This document shows, piece after piece, positions 1 through 12,200 of a stretch of DNA of 60,000 nucleotides. A program made the translations under genes and the position numbers. Position 1 is the stretch's first letter. Every line of letters begins with the position of its first letter. Origin of the DNA: Mobula hypostoma (taxonomy: Eukaryota); NCBI RefSeq assembly GCF_963921235.1, contig NC_086097.1, forward strand, positions 74,836,001 to 74,896,000, in the 5' to 3' direction. The notes below the pieces were generated by a model. That model was not told the origin of the DNA. It saw nothing but the letters and a program-made list of their open reading frames with translations, and ran no database searches.

Positions 1-2309
1 AGAATGGAGGCACTATAGAAGGAGGTAGCGTGCAGGAAAATCCTGATCAGGGAGGCTGTGATGGAGAAAAGGCCTTAAGAGTTGGTGGAGAGAACTGCTG
101 GTGGTTGTGATGAGGAGCTTCAGGCAACGCAAAATATTGCCAAAACAGTTTTAAACCCTTGTCAGATTATCTTAGTTCAAAAGCTTTGAACTTGTGACAC
201 TTGTCTCTAGTAATGAGTCCTAAAGCTTGCCAGCAGTAAAGCGGAAGTCAGAAAAAAATGTCAAGGTAATGGCAGATGATAATCCCAGTAATCAGCAGGA
301 TTTGCAAAATTTAATCCTGGATTCTTATAATCAAGTCACGAATTTGGGACTGCAAGGCAAACATGATGTTACTCTGTGTACGGTGATAATGGCATAGTTT
401 GTATGATGTCACTGTATACTACTTTAATGGCTTTATTCTGTTACAGTAGATTTAGCGAAAGTACCGAAGAAAGTGGACTTACTTCATCAATATTGACACA
501 ATTCTATCCTCACAGAATGAAAGTTTCATGTCTGAACTCCTGATACAATTTTGTCTGAAGGAAATGCAATGTTTGCTCTTGTGCTAAATAGGAACCATTT
601 AATGTCAGTGGAGGGTGGAAGTTGGAATTAAGAGGTACTATGCAATGAAAATTTGTATTCTTGGGCATGGTACACCTGATTCTTGGGACACTCATGAAAG
701 GGATGCACATAAGCCAAAGTCCTTAGATATAGAAGGATTAAATTTCAGAAGATTATGTTTCTATTGGGGAATATCAAGGTTTAATAGCCAAGAATGATCC
801 AACCATTCATCATAGCTGTGTAGCTATAAAGCTGAAGAGCCTTTCTACATCTAATGTGGAAGATCAGTACAGGTACTGGACAAGCTGCTTAGCACCCTCC
901 TGGCATGGAGAAATTCTTTGATAAGCCCTCGGGAAGCTGCATTCCATTTAGGTCTTGATGAACCTGACTTACTACAGTCTCTGTGGATCTATAAATGTAA
1001 ATGGTGATTTGAGTAACGGTTACCCAGCTAAAGCGAATGTAATTTTGTACAAACTCAGTTTATATCCAAAATGCTTTAAAGAAACAGCTCGCAAACTGTC
1101 ATTCCTACCACATAAAATAAAAGCTATTAAGGGGATGATAAACAAATATTTTTGAACATGCATGCATAACATATATTTGAATTCTTACCTATTACTGCTG
1201 ACCTGAACTAACAGTATTTGCTTCTTTTCTCTCATTAGTGGTTTTCCCAGTCTGGCCTAACAGGAAGTCTAAAGTGATCCTGACTCCTCCCTGGAGGCTG
1301 TTCATCAGCTAGCTCAGCTTACAGCAATACAAAATTAGTAATGTGCAAGAGCTGCAATGCATTAGTTTTTATCAAATTATCTTTTATTACAAAAGATAAT
1401 AAAAGAGCAACTGTTCTGCCATATCACGGCTGAGGCTACTGATCTTTTATGTCTCTTTGTTATTAGCATGACAATACAGATCTTCAGCCATTGTGATCAT
1501 TACCAACTCCAGTAATGCTGACTAAATTGTTGCGCACACCAGCAGGTCATTAGCCTTTGAGCTGGATATATAATAGGCCTGAAACAGATTTGATAAACCT
1601 CAGGTTCTTTCTTGTTGACAAGTGTCTTCATTCTTTTCAACAACTTTCAGAATCACACAGAAAGAATGGAGGGGCAAGTACTATCTGGGCCAGCCCAAAT
1701 AACTTAGAAGGCACATGCTGAATTGCATTCGACTAAAAGTGGAAGGCAGCTGTGGGTTTTTAGTTCGCCAGAATAGTTAATAAAGTAATCAAGCTATCAA
1801 GTGCAGGCTTTGACCAGCAGGCACTAGCTTTACTAATGCCTTCAAACTAGGCACTGATTGTAACAATTCCTGGGGAGAATAATCCCTTTTTTTGATATTA
1901 GAGAGTAAAGAAAACTCAGTTACTCTTGTTTCCTCTACTGTGTTGAATAGCAATAATTGCACTCATAATAGTGAAGGATTACTGTATGGTGAAGTTGTGA
2001 GGCCACAAGACAGGATTTTCAGCATTCCTACATCTGCTCCTCTTGCTCGAACCATAGTCTGACCTAACTGTTACAAATAGTCATGTCTAGCTGTCTCAGA
2101 AAGCTATATATAATCTTCCTCTCCCTAATTAACATAAACATATTTGTTATTCAAATCTGCACGTTCTGGCAGCACTATGGTATTTATGTTACAGTTTTAA
2201 GTCTGCTAAAGATATTTTCCAACGTATCCTTTATTAACATGCTTTAATATCTAAATACAGTCAAAATCTAATGCTAATTTGATTTATAAATCTTCAGAAA
2301 AGTGGTGCC

Positions 2310-2455
2310 TGGCCAAGGGATACTCAGACTTTCTCTGTGCAAGACAGTTCTGTTAATTGTCGTGGACAGGAAGAGTTTTTTTGTGCATCGAAGGAAATCT
2401 TCAGGTAGGCCAGGAATGGGACAAAGTAGCTGCGGAGCTACAGATTTGGAGTGTA
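2310..2455 (+). mobile_element. Probable decayed PIF/Harbinger Myb/SANT-like accessory ORF remnant
   Basis: Frameshifted translation VLLIVVDRKSFF..RKSS / QEWDKVAAEL resembles the Myb/SANT-like N-terminus of Harbinger ORF1. No ends recognisable. Confidence 0.3.
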
Positions 2456-3107
2456 GAGTTGGCAACTGAATTTGACTCTCAGTCCTGGCTGACATTTGAA
2501 CTTGGGCCTTCCCTCAGGGATAAGTTTTACAAGTCTTGGCCAGCAGCTTGCAGAAGGGAGGTAAAACTGCTTGGGCACTGTATTAGTTCCTTCCTCGCAT
2601 CGCTCAAGGGTGCCTCCAGGTAAATCTACCAAGGAGAGAAACTGGCAGCATTTGTTTGCGGCATTTTAGCCTCCCTGCTGATATAGAGGGTGAGGAGGAA
2701 GGAGAAAAGGTCTTTCTTTTGTTAAGAAAAATAGTTGAAGGATTATTTCTGCATTCGAACATACCGCATTTTTTTCCCACAAATCGTACAGTTGTGATTG
2801 TTAAAGGACAGGGTGAGATTCAAATGAAGTCTGGCAGAAAGGTTTCCACCATGCATCATAGGAAAAGCTGCTTTATGTAAGTTATCAGATTTAGGCAGAA
2901 GAAAAGAAGCACCTATGCCTGATAAAAGCCAGAGCCGCCTTTTCTGCTTTTCACTGGGTCAAGTTCCTATGCGTGACCCTGGTCACTTGCTGCTGTAACA
3001 GGATATCATAGAGATTCTCCTCTGGAATTCTCAATCACCACCTGAAAAGCAGTTCTGTTGACTCTGTGCAGCATTTCAATAGCTAAGGAAACTATGGTCT
3101 CTCTATT

Positions 3108-3355
3108 ACACACACACACACACGCACAAGTATACTGTATATGCATCTGCACGCAATATGCAGTACATCCACACATGAACATGATACACACTCACATGTG
3201 CATGTGCCATCACAAGCTCACCCACATAAAAAGGCACAGCCACATGCATGCATTGCACACACATATTCTCACACATGCTCATACACATGTGCAACATAGA
3301 AACACAGAAGCTTCCACTTGCACATTGGCTCACGCAAACACACATGCCCACACGT
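3108..3355. repeat. Degenerate (CA)n / CA-TG low-complexity tract
   Basis: (CA)n start followed by about 240 nt of cacatg/cacaca-type units. Confidence 0.85.
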
Positions 3356-4596
3356 TTTACCTGTGCATGAATGGTATTTCCAGTTTCCATCTCCCCACCC
3401 CCAAAGGTAAACTGAATGTGGTACACACCAGGACACTGGAGGATGGAGAATTGCTCAACCCTACCTCGGCAGGCCATGGCTTTCTGTCTTCATGTAAATC
3501 AGTGCCTGTCACTGCATGCATGATTCACTGCTCAGAGTGAACTGTTCTGTGACGAATGAGTCCTGCTTAATTTGACAGTGATTATGCAGGTTGCTAGCCT
3601 CCTAAACCCCTTTGAACTTGTAATTGCTGCTGGTTTAAATAATGAACATTAAGGGGGGGGGGATTTCAGAAAAGTGTGGATAATTACAGGCTTTTTTTCT
3701 TTTTGCTGGCAAAGGGTTGCTGAGGTGGCTGTGAACGGTGTCAAAGCAGCCTGTGCAAGCTTAGTTTGACATCAGGAAATCTCGAGAGCCCTTAAGAAAG
3801 GAGGAGCAATGGTACAATGAATATTCATAAGCCAACCACCTCTGTTGCTGTCTTACTTTCTATTTTTTTTGGTAAAGCAACGAAGCCCACAAGTATGTAA
3901 CATGTAAAAGGAGTTGTTTACCAGTTGCAGCCTGTTACATGCGTAGACATCCAAAATTATATTACCATAGAAAAAAAGTCTGTTTAAAGACACTTTTATT
4001 TAGATAGCTTCACATGACATACCACAGCTAACGCAGAGTGCACCCAAATCAAAAAATCTCTCAATGCAACAGGGCAGTGTTTAATTTTCAAGTTAATCAG
4101 TGAAGATTTATGGCAGTACTGGCAAACCAAACATTAAAAGTCCCTGTGTCTGTTTTTGATTTTACTACTTTCCTCCCTTCATTTCGACTCCTCTACCACC
4201 CCCAACCCACGGAATCCTTCTTTGTCTATTTGCACTTTTGCTCTGAATTTTCTTTACCCTGGTGTGAGACGAATATCAAAGACCTGTGCTGTTTGTAGGC
4301 CTTCAGCGCATAACATCTCTATGGTACATTTTTGGAACCTGCGTCACAACATGGCAGCCAATGATTAATGGCAACTACATTGAAAGCAGCAGCCCGTCAA
4401 CAACCCCCTCCAGCAGGGCTGCAAAGGAGCACGCAACCCTGCTCCGTTAAGGTTGGTGCTGCCAAAAGGATCCAGATCGTGTGGATGACTGACACAAAAC
4501 ACCACATAAAGACAATTCCTGAGCAAAATAACCATAGCTGGCACACTTTGCCAATGCTGGATCACATCACCATAGCTGCTCATTTTATTCCAAAAA

Positions 4597-4610
4597 CACG
4601 TGATTGACAG
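4597..4610 (+). promoter_or_regulatory. PBX-MEIS/PREP decamer TGATTGACAG overlapping an E-box CACGTG
   Basis: Sequence cacgTGATTGACAG. Motif match only; function untested. Confidence 0.35.
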
Positions 4611-7119
4611 ATGAATATAGTTAAAACAATCTGTGTCTTCAATGTCAAAAAAATGGAAGGTCATCATGGTAAGATAATTTTCTGGCTATTCATGTGAGGG
4701 TTGGCAAGCTTTTTTCCCCTCGACCTGTTACATTTTGGTCCTTTCATTGTTAGAATACTAAATGGCCTGACACTGGCAGGCAGGTGAAGATGGCTTAATT
4801 AAAGAGCACACTTGGGTGCTAAGTGAAAATATATTTCCGTAAAACTATTAAAATTGTTTAGAAATAATCAGAAATGCAAATTTAGCAGGATTTTCAGAAA
4901 TCGTTTCCCTTAAATTTTTAGCAGCCTTTAAAATGAAACCTACAGGAATTACTGATGATTCAAACAGGTGGTTCAAAAATTACATAAGTGGAAAACTGAG
5001 ATTTTATTAAATCTCCACTCTATTTTTAGGCGTACATCAGTCTCTTCAAGGGACATATTCTGACACAGAAAGAACAGATTACATTTTTCATTTTTTAAGT
5101 ACTTCACTGCAGTAAAGGAAACTGTAAGCCTTAGCTTCAAAAACCTCTGAAGAAAAACCAATTGCATGCATTTCTCAGCAGTTCTTCGTCTACTCTTTGT
5201 GTTTCATAGATAAAGTCATCAATAAGCACAGTGTTTGACTTCTGCTAGTTCAAAAATATTTATTCTCTTTGATGTGTAGCTGAACTAGATTTGGCATTTA
5301 CCTAGGGTAGAAAGTGATCTGTAAAGCATGAAAAAAACTTGCTATTAGATGAGAAAGAAGTGCTCAAGACATGGTAATCATTCCAGTAATATTATAATTC
5401 AAGCCTTTGCCAATCTTCTCTGCAAGTCACTGTACAAACGAATCATATAATAGAAACTAAGGTAAGCTATAGCCATTTCAGATTTATCACTAGACCTGCA
5501 ATAAACCAGACTCTCTTCCAAGAATGCATATTTATACTTCAATTGTAGTATCCAGCTGAAAAACAAGGAGTAAACTGGCAAGTAATACTGGGAAAATGTA
5601 ATACAAGGGATAATTTTTGTCTCTCTCCTCTGGCTAAAGACATTTCACACCAATTAGAAAGGAAAAGGAGAACACTACTTGTGTCATCAGCGTGTAACTC
5701 AGCACCTTGGGAGGAGCATAATGCAAATAATGTTGGCCCGGTGGCAAACTGAAATCAGTTCTGATATTTAAATACACTGAAAAAATAATATATAATAATA
5801 GTTTTTGACAACTTAAGTTCAGACTTCTGTTAATTTTTTTCAGGCTAAATTGACCCAATTGTTTAAAAGAAGGGCATTGGGGAATGCAAACAAGGGCTGG
5901 GGGACGGTAAGCACTGTTTGTAATCACCAATAGTTTGGATGAACCAGTCCTCCAAGCACTGCTGTGCAAAATAAACAATAGTTCTGGTATAACAGTCTTC
6001 GACCATCACCTAAGTCTTCACAATTGCCAAGAAATTATTTCCTGCAACTTATATACCTAATGACTGCTGGGCCTATAAAATATGTAGCTGAGCTACCCCG
6101 GGGCAGTTGAAATAAACATATTCATAATGAATAATTTTGTAAACTCACAGCAGAGTTCTGTTTTATATTGCGTCTTTTTCTTTGAAAAAAAATGTTAATT
6201 ATCGCATTCTTGGAAGGGTTAATAGTCCCATCTCATAGCTTCATTACTTCATGTGAGAGAACAGGACAAAGACAACAGATGGCAGACAGTGTTGACTTCT
6301 GTCCTTTCCATTGTACTGAAAAGGTTGTAGAGAACCTTGTTTGATAAAAGCAGAGGCTTTGGTGGCCTTGGCCATAATTATCTGATAGCTCTGTGACTGA
6401 TGAGCTCTAGAACATTTAGTTTTCTATAGACATTCTGTGACAAGTGAACTGTCCTTAGGTTGCTATGGGTGACCAAAGTGCTGACATCGAGTCCCTTCAG
6501 CAAACAAGTACGTGACAAATGAGGCTAGCAGCCTCAATCCATTTTGAATCTCGAGGACCAGCACCCCTCTAAAACATAAACTATCAATGGGCATCAATGG
6601 GTTAAATTAAGACTACTGGTTCAAAAGTTAAATTTGCACACGTTACAAGAAGCTGACATTAATAATAACTCAAGGTACAGCTGTTTTTTTTACAATCTTG
6701 GCAGAATACAATACCCAGTCAATAATGCTGCTTTTATTTATTCTTATTTTCTTTGTGGCAAGCCCGTATAATAGTACAAGAAGCAAACTCTGGCAATTGT
6801 TGATGCAAACAATAAGCAGATGTGATCCATCTGCAGAGACTGTAGCATCCTTGCCAGTCGAACTGTTGTCCATTCTAATGCAACATGGCAGGATGTAAAA
6901 GAGGCCTTGCTGAACCATTGCTGCAAAAGAGCAGCCTGTCAACTAGGGTGTGCTAAAGCCTGCGTCCAGCCTATAATAGGTGGACTAGTCTTTGTGTCAA
7001 ACAAACATCCTCTCCTTGGATAAGACTGCCTGTAGCCATGTGTAACGTGGTTAACAGTTAGCCTCACAGCTCAGAGGCCATGTGTGTTGCATCAAACTTA
7101 ATGATAATTTTCATCACCA

Positions 7120-7421
7120 GAGTACTGCCATGGCAACAGAAATAGAACCGTGTCCATGACTAAAATTAGTTATAATTTATGGTCACAGACTATCAATTGT
7201 TTTTCTTTTCCTGAATTATATTTTATATCTTGGTGATCTTCCAACTTACCTCTGATCCTTCAATTTTATTCTGGCTGGGCTTAAATATGAAATAATTTGA
7301 ATTTAAACTTCTAGCTTTGTACAAAGGATTGACGTCAAGAAGCTCGTTGAGGCATTTCATTTGGGGAGCTTTTTTTTTAAATCCTGAAAAAGGAACAATT
7401 TTATTGCAATAAAATCAATCA
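7120..7421. promoter_or_regulatory. Candidate intronic enhancer: cluster of palindromic TF motifs
   Basis: RFX X-box-like TGCCATGGCAAC (7126-7137), CTTTGTACAAAG (7315-7326), TTGACGTCAA (7329-7338), ATTTTATTGCAATAAAAT (7398-7415) and ATCAATCA (7414-7421), all in transposon-free sequence. Confidence 0.45.
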
Positions 7422-10036
7422 CTTTAAAGGAACCCGAAAGCTTGAAATAAAAGACACCTCAATGCATATTGTAACAGAAGTAAGGACACCTCTGAAAATT
7501 GATGAGTGTTTACAGGGGAAGGCCTTTGTGTCTGAGCACTTCCTGTTTCCATTCTGTGATCAAATATGTTCTTTGCAAATCATGCAGGAGAGCACTTGAG
7601 AGCAAAGGCAAAGGGAGCTGACGGCTAATTGAGTGGTCTGAGGGCTTCTCAATGTATCTAATTTAAGGATTTCTCCCATCAGCCAGTAAAAATCAACCTC
7701 GGCAAAATACCTCTCCTGCTCAGCTTTGAATGTAGTTTAAACTGAGTCAGAGCAGTACGGGTTTGCTGATTCATTCACCAGCAACATTGCTGGGCAAAAC
7801 TGATAAAAGAATGCACCAGCTTCAATTATGTTTCATTCTTATCTCGAATGCATGGCATTGCTGAGAGGGGATGCACGTCCAAGTGTCCTGCAAGCAGTGC
7901 CTGTGGTTAGGATTGCTACGTGATACACCCCATTCACAAAATACACCAAAACTTGCAGTTCAGTTGTTTAGAATTCACTAAACTACATATCTGTACATCA
8001 AATCATTATCTCTGTACATCATTAGTGTTCGCTTCCTTTCACCACTCATAAGATGCAACACTGAAAAATTTTCTGAAGCAGTTTAAAAAAAGCCTGTAAA
8101 AATGAATGCAAGCTACTTTTTACCCCTCTGTGCTGCATTAAACTAACTCCTTGGAATTGTTGTGGCTAGCCTTTGTTGTTTTTGTCCCTTAGAGTTGTTC
8201 AGAAGAGGTGACAATGGCTCAGAGTTGAGAACATATGTAGAAAGACCCCTGTGGCTGATGGAAAAAGTTGCTGCATGCTGCTTGGTTGTTTGAAAAAAAC
8301 AACCAATGTTCCTTTCTTTCGTCAAAGCTAATGAATGCATGAACGTTCGAATGCAGCAACGACCCATTCAGAAGGAAGTCTTAGGACCCTCCCTGTAAGA
8401 GCACATCCTGCGTTGCTGAAATACATTTGCTTAACAAATTAAATTGATGAGATAATTCAATTAGTCTTTTTGATGTGAAAAACAATATTGCTTAAGGAAA
8501 GGATTACTGTAGTACAGGAATAGTTTGGCCTCTACAAAGAGATGAACATTAAAACACTCTAAAACAATGCATTAAAATGGGAAGACAATGAAGTGAGCTT
8601 GCTCTGAATTCTACAGTTGTTTGCATTAGCAAAGCCAGATGGGAAAATTCTCACACTATTCCAGTTGCAGGGAAACAAAATCATCCATCAATAAACTGGG
8701 AAATGTCAAGGCTGAGCAGGAGCCAAGTAAAGTAAAGATTTTTGAAGTGCGTGTGGAAGAAGTGCTCTGCCCGGTGTCCATGCCAAGATTTTCACACTGA
8801 GAGCAGCCGTGCCCTTCAGGACTGGGAGCAAAACCTCCCAGCAGTTTCCTCAGCAATATTCACTCCATTCCAAATTAAAAACATTTTACAGGTTACTAAA
8901 TCTCCAGCTGAGGTGATGTAGCAAAGAACAGCTGTGAAGTAATTTTGATAATGATGAGAATAATAAGCACATGGCAAGGTTCAGGGCTTTGCTGTTGCAG
9001 CTTCAGTGCTCCTGAATAGATAAAAGTGATTAAATACTCCTGATTATCCCTGACCAATATGTAATGGATTTACAGCCCTTTCAATTAGTCAGTATTTGCT
9101 TAGGACTCATTATTTTGTCTTTGGTTAAGTAATCAGCCTACAGACGCATGTTCTGTCTAATTCCTCTGTGCAAATGGGCACAGGGCATTTGACCTCCAAA
9201 AAGGCCATAGCTGCAAGGCAGAATACCCACTGCTTCAACAGAGCAGTGACCACTCTGGTTAAACCTGACCCCTGAGCCACAATCAATACACCTTCATTTA
9301 CTAATAATGTCTTCACATCAAAGTGACAGATAAGAAGCAGGGATCCAATTTTCACCCTTTCTTTCACTATCTCTCTCGATTTAAGTTTTAGAAGTTTTGC
9401 TTGCAACCACCATGGAAGCTGGAAAGCATTTCGCCCTTTTAAAGAGCTGTGATTCAGCCTTGGTTGGTATGTGCATTGAAACGGGATTAAACTCAGAACT
9501 TTACAGCTGAAAGGTTGGTAAACAAATCCTGTGTGCTTCTTGTTCCTTCTTTTCAAAAGTTCTCCAATAAGAACAAACATTCATACAAGGGCTGAACACT
9601 TACACAGCCCTGCATTAACAAGGAAAATATCTGGAGGCCAACCCTATTAGACCGGTTTAGTACTGCTGATTAGAAGCAGCTCAGGGGGATGCATTTTACT
9701 GTATACCTGTCCCTCATGTGATGCTACGAATATCCACTCCAGTGGCAAAATGAATGGAGAATACTGTCATTAATCCAATCTAATCGAATGCACGATGCTA
9801 CAAGCGTGTGTGTACCTCACATGATGCCAGGAAGTGTTCCACACACTGTTTACTCCCAGACAGTTTCTACAAAGCAACGCCACACCATGATATAAGGTAA
9901 CAAAAAGTTACCACCTTTTTAATCAATAAAGGCGATTAGTGAAAAATACAGATGATTAAGATTTGTACGCAAGATAATTAGTGTGGAAATTAATTTTAAA
10001 GAAGTTAAATTCAACAAATGCACATCTGCGTTTTCA

Positions 10037-10061
10037 TACACACACACACACACACACACAC
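10037..10061. repeat. (CA)n microsatellite
   Basis: Direct reading. Confidence 0.9.
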
Positions 10062-10289
10062 GTGCACTTATATGTTCAGTAAATCCAGAGTTTATTTCAG
10101 TAGCTGTGAATTCAGAAGCTGGATAAAAGTTTTGAGTGTATAGTAAAGAGATAACAATCCCGATGTTTCTATGGTAGGTGCAGAGGAAAGTAAATATGCT
10201 GGTTCTGCGTAGGCGGTGATGAATATAACAGCAGATCTTTGTTCTGGTTCATTGCTTCTTTCTCCACATCGGCAGGTCATAGTACTGAT

Positions 10290-10880
10290 ATGCCAGCTGG
10301 CTTCTGGGCAAAAGTGCAGCCAGAGGAAACCATGGTCAGGGAGATTGAGGGAAAGACCTGGTAAACTGGAGGTGGGTGGGATATGAAATAGGGGCCAGGA
10401 TGGATGGGAAGCAGGAGGTGTTCCTGGCAGAGATGTGGAAAAAAGTCACCACCAGGCTGCAAAGGGCAGATATTCTACATGGTGTTGCCTCGGAGTAGGT
10501 AAGTTTGAGGTTCAAGTCCCACTCTAGAGACATGAGGTCAAAGATCACTGGTAACACTCCAGGAATCACAGAGAAGTCTTCTTCTCAGTGGCTGAGGGCA
10601 GCAAAGCAATCGGGGAGAAGATTTGGGAGACTCATGATTTCAGAGACAAGAAAGATAGGAATCTGCAAAATGGCAAGAAATTAGGATCTGAGGTGCAGGG
10701 TCTAGAGTGGAAGAAATAACTAACTGAGAGAGAAGGTCACGGCCAGAGGGTGTTCAGAAATCGGTGATTATGGGCGATGTTATGGGGGATTTTGCAGGGG
10801 GTGCGGTGGGGAATTTGTGTCTCAAGCAATAGGGAAGAGAATTTCTGAAGTCCCAACTGACAGATTGGGTGGTCTTTGTC
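10290..10880 (-). mobile_element. Heavily decayed retroelement remnant (Penelope-like), with a SINE-head fragment at about 10480-10540
   Basis: Purine/G-skewed block. Minus-strand NTSCFPSI.. loosely resembles a Penelope RT segment. Embedded GGTTCAAGTCCCACTC is a tRNA-SINE B-box. Confidence 0.3.
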
Positions 10881-11002
10881 TAGGAGGGTAATGCTGTAAA
10901 AAGCACCTAATGTCTTCAGTCTTTTCTTCCTGCTTCTCTTTTATTCTTGAGTTTCCTAGTAGTACCTATTACTGTAATCAGGTTCTATAGGTGTGTACCA
11001 TC

Positions 11003-12200
11003 CTTGCCTCTGAGTCAGAAAATTTGGAGTCCTAGTCACATTCCAGAGACTTGAATACAAAAGTCAACAGTAACATTCCAGTGAGTCATGAAGGAGTCTT
11101 CTTCTCAGAGGCCAAGGGGAACTTGCTTCCACTCACGTTCTGTGGGTTTTGAGGTAGCTGATGAGAGACCTACAAACTATGTGACAGGTGATCATAGAAA
11201 CATGGAAACATAGAAAACCTACAGCACAATACAGGCCATTCGGCCTATAATGCTATGCCACACATGTACTTACTTTAGAAATTACTTAGGGTTACCCATA
11301 GCCCTCTATTTTTCTAAAAAATTCTTGTCTGCAAAATTCTTGTCTATCTTTCATTGTCCCTTGGGAATGTCTGTCTGTAACAGAGCACAATATTACGTGT
11401 CTGTTGTGGGAATCTGGTATCAAAGACTTCAATGACTTAGCTCCCACTGGAGCTGACCGTGCACTTAACATTGGGATGTTGGCCTGGGAGAGCATGGTTT
11501 CTTTGTTTTTTTTCATTCTTTCAGAAGATCTGAAAGATTTTAATGAGATAGCATTAGTGGCACCTCTACCGTGCGTTGAGATGTCTGCTGTAGTTAGTCC
11601 ATGTCTCAGGTGTTTACAAGAGGTCAGGGATCACTGCTAACCATTAGACTACAAGGTCTGTGCCAGGTTTGAGCTCTTGATATTCAAACCTTTTCCCCAC
11701 TCAGCCTAAGGCCGTGCTGAAGATGAGGATGGATTTTTACCATTGATGCTGAGGGTTGGGTCTCGAGATCCGAGGTGGCTTACATTTTCCAGAGACTTGT
11801 CATGGTTCTTTGATGTCGGAGAGGTTAGTGGCAACAAGCTGGCAGAAGGCCTTTGCTGGGTCATATTCTCCTGTGCTTCAGTGAACAAGTTGCTGAGGGA
11901 GTGCAGCAATGTTGAAGAAATTCCATTGATGCTGAGACATTAAATCCAGGGGCTGCCTGCCCTCCGGTGGATTTATGTTAGTTCAGGGTTAATATCAAGA
12001 AGAGAGGAATTACCTTTGTCTCTTGACCAATATTCACCAACAATCAATATCAGCAAGACATCAGGTCATTCCATCATCACATTACTCTGGCTGGGAGCTC
12101 ATCATGTACAAACCCATCCACCTTGTTTCCTACACGGTGCAGACACACTTTGAGATATCCTGTGGTCAAGAAATGTACAAAGTAAATCTCAATCTTCTGT
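11003..12200 (+). mobile_element. Deu-domain SINE (SacSINE1-like) split in two: head 11003-11098, body and tail about 11891-12200
   Basis: Head ttgcctctgagtcagaa...ccagagacttgaatacaaaa...ccagtg..tgaaggagt. Body tgagggagtgcagcaatg...gagacattaaa...gccaatatt-like...atcacatt...gggagct...tttcctaca. Together they match my recollection of the shark DeuSINE consensus. Confidence 0.6.
11193..11316 (-). mobile_element. CR1 LINE 3' end
   Basis: (catagaaa)n-type tail; near reverse complement of the CR1 3' end at 16520-16630. Confidence 0.85.

Noticed and set aside
1..960. Purine-rich, possibly LINE-derived sequence at the window start
   Set aside because: Too decayed to assign a family or boundaries from the sequence alone.
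3058..3540. 160-aa His/Thr-rich ORF and the antisense 123-aa Cys/Val-rich ORF
   Set aside because: Artefacts of the CA/TG low-complexity tract.
10480..10540. tRNA B-box-like GGTTCAAGTCC
   Set aside because: SINE head fragment; no cloverleaf, so not a tRNA gene.
10535..10547. DR1-like AGGTCAaAGATCA
   Set aside because: Lies at the edge of a decayed SINE fragment and is imperfect.
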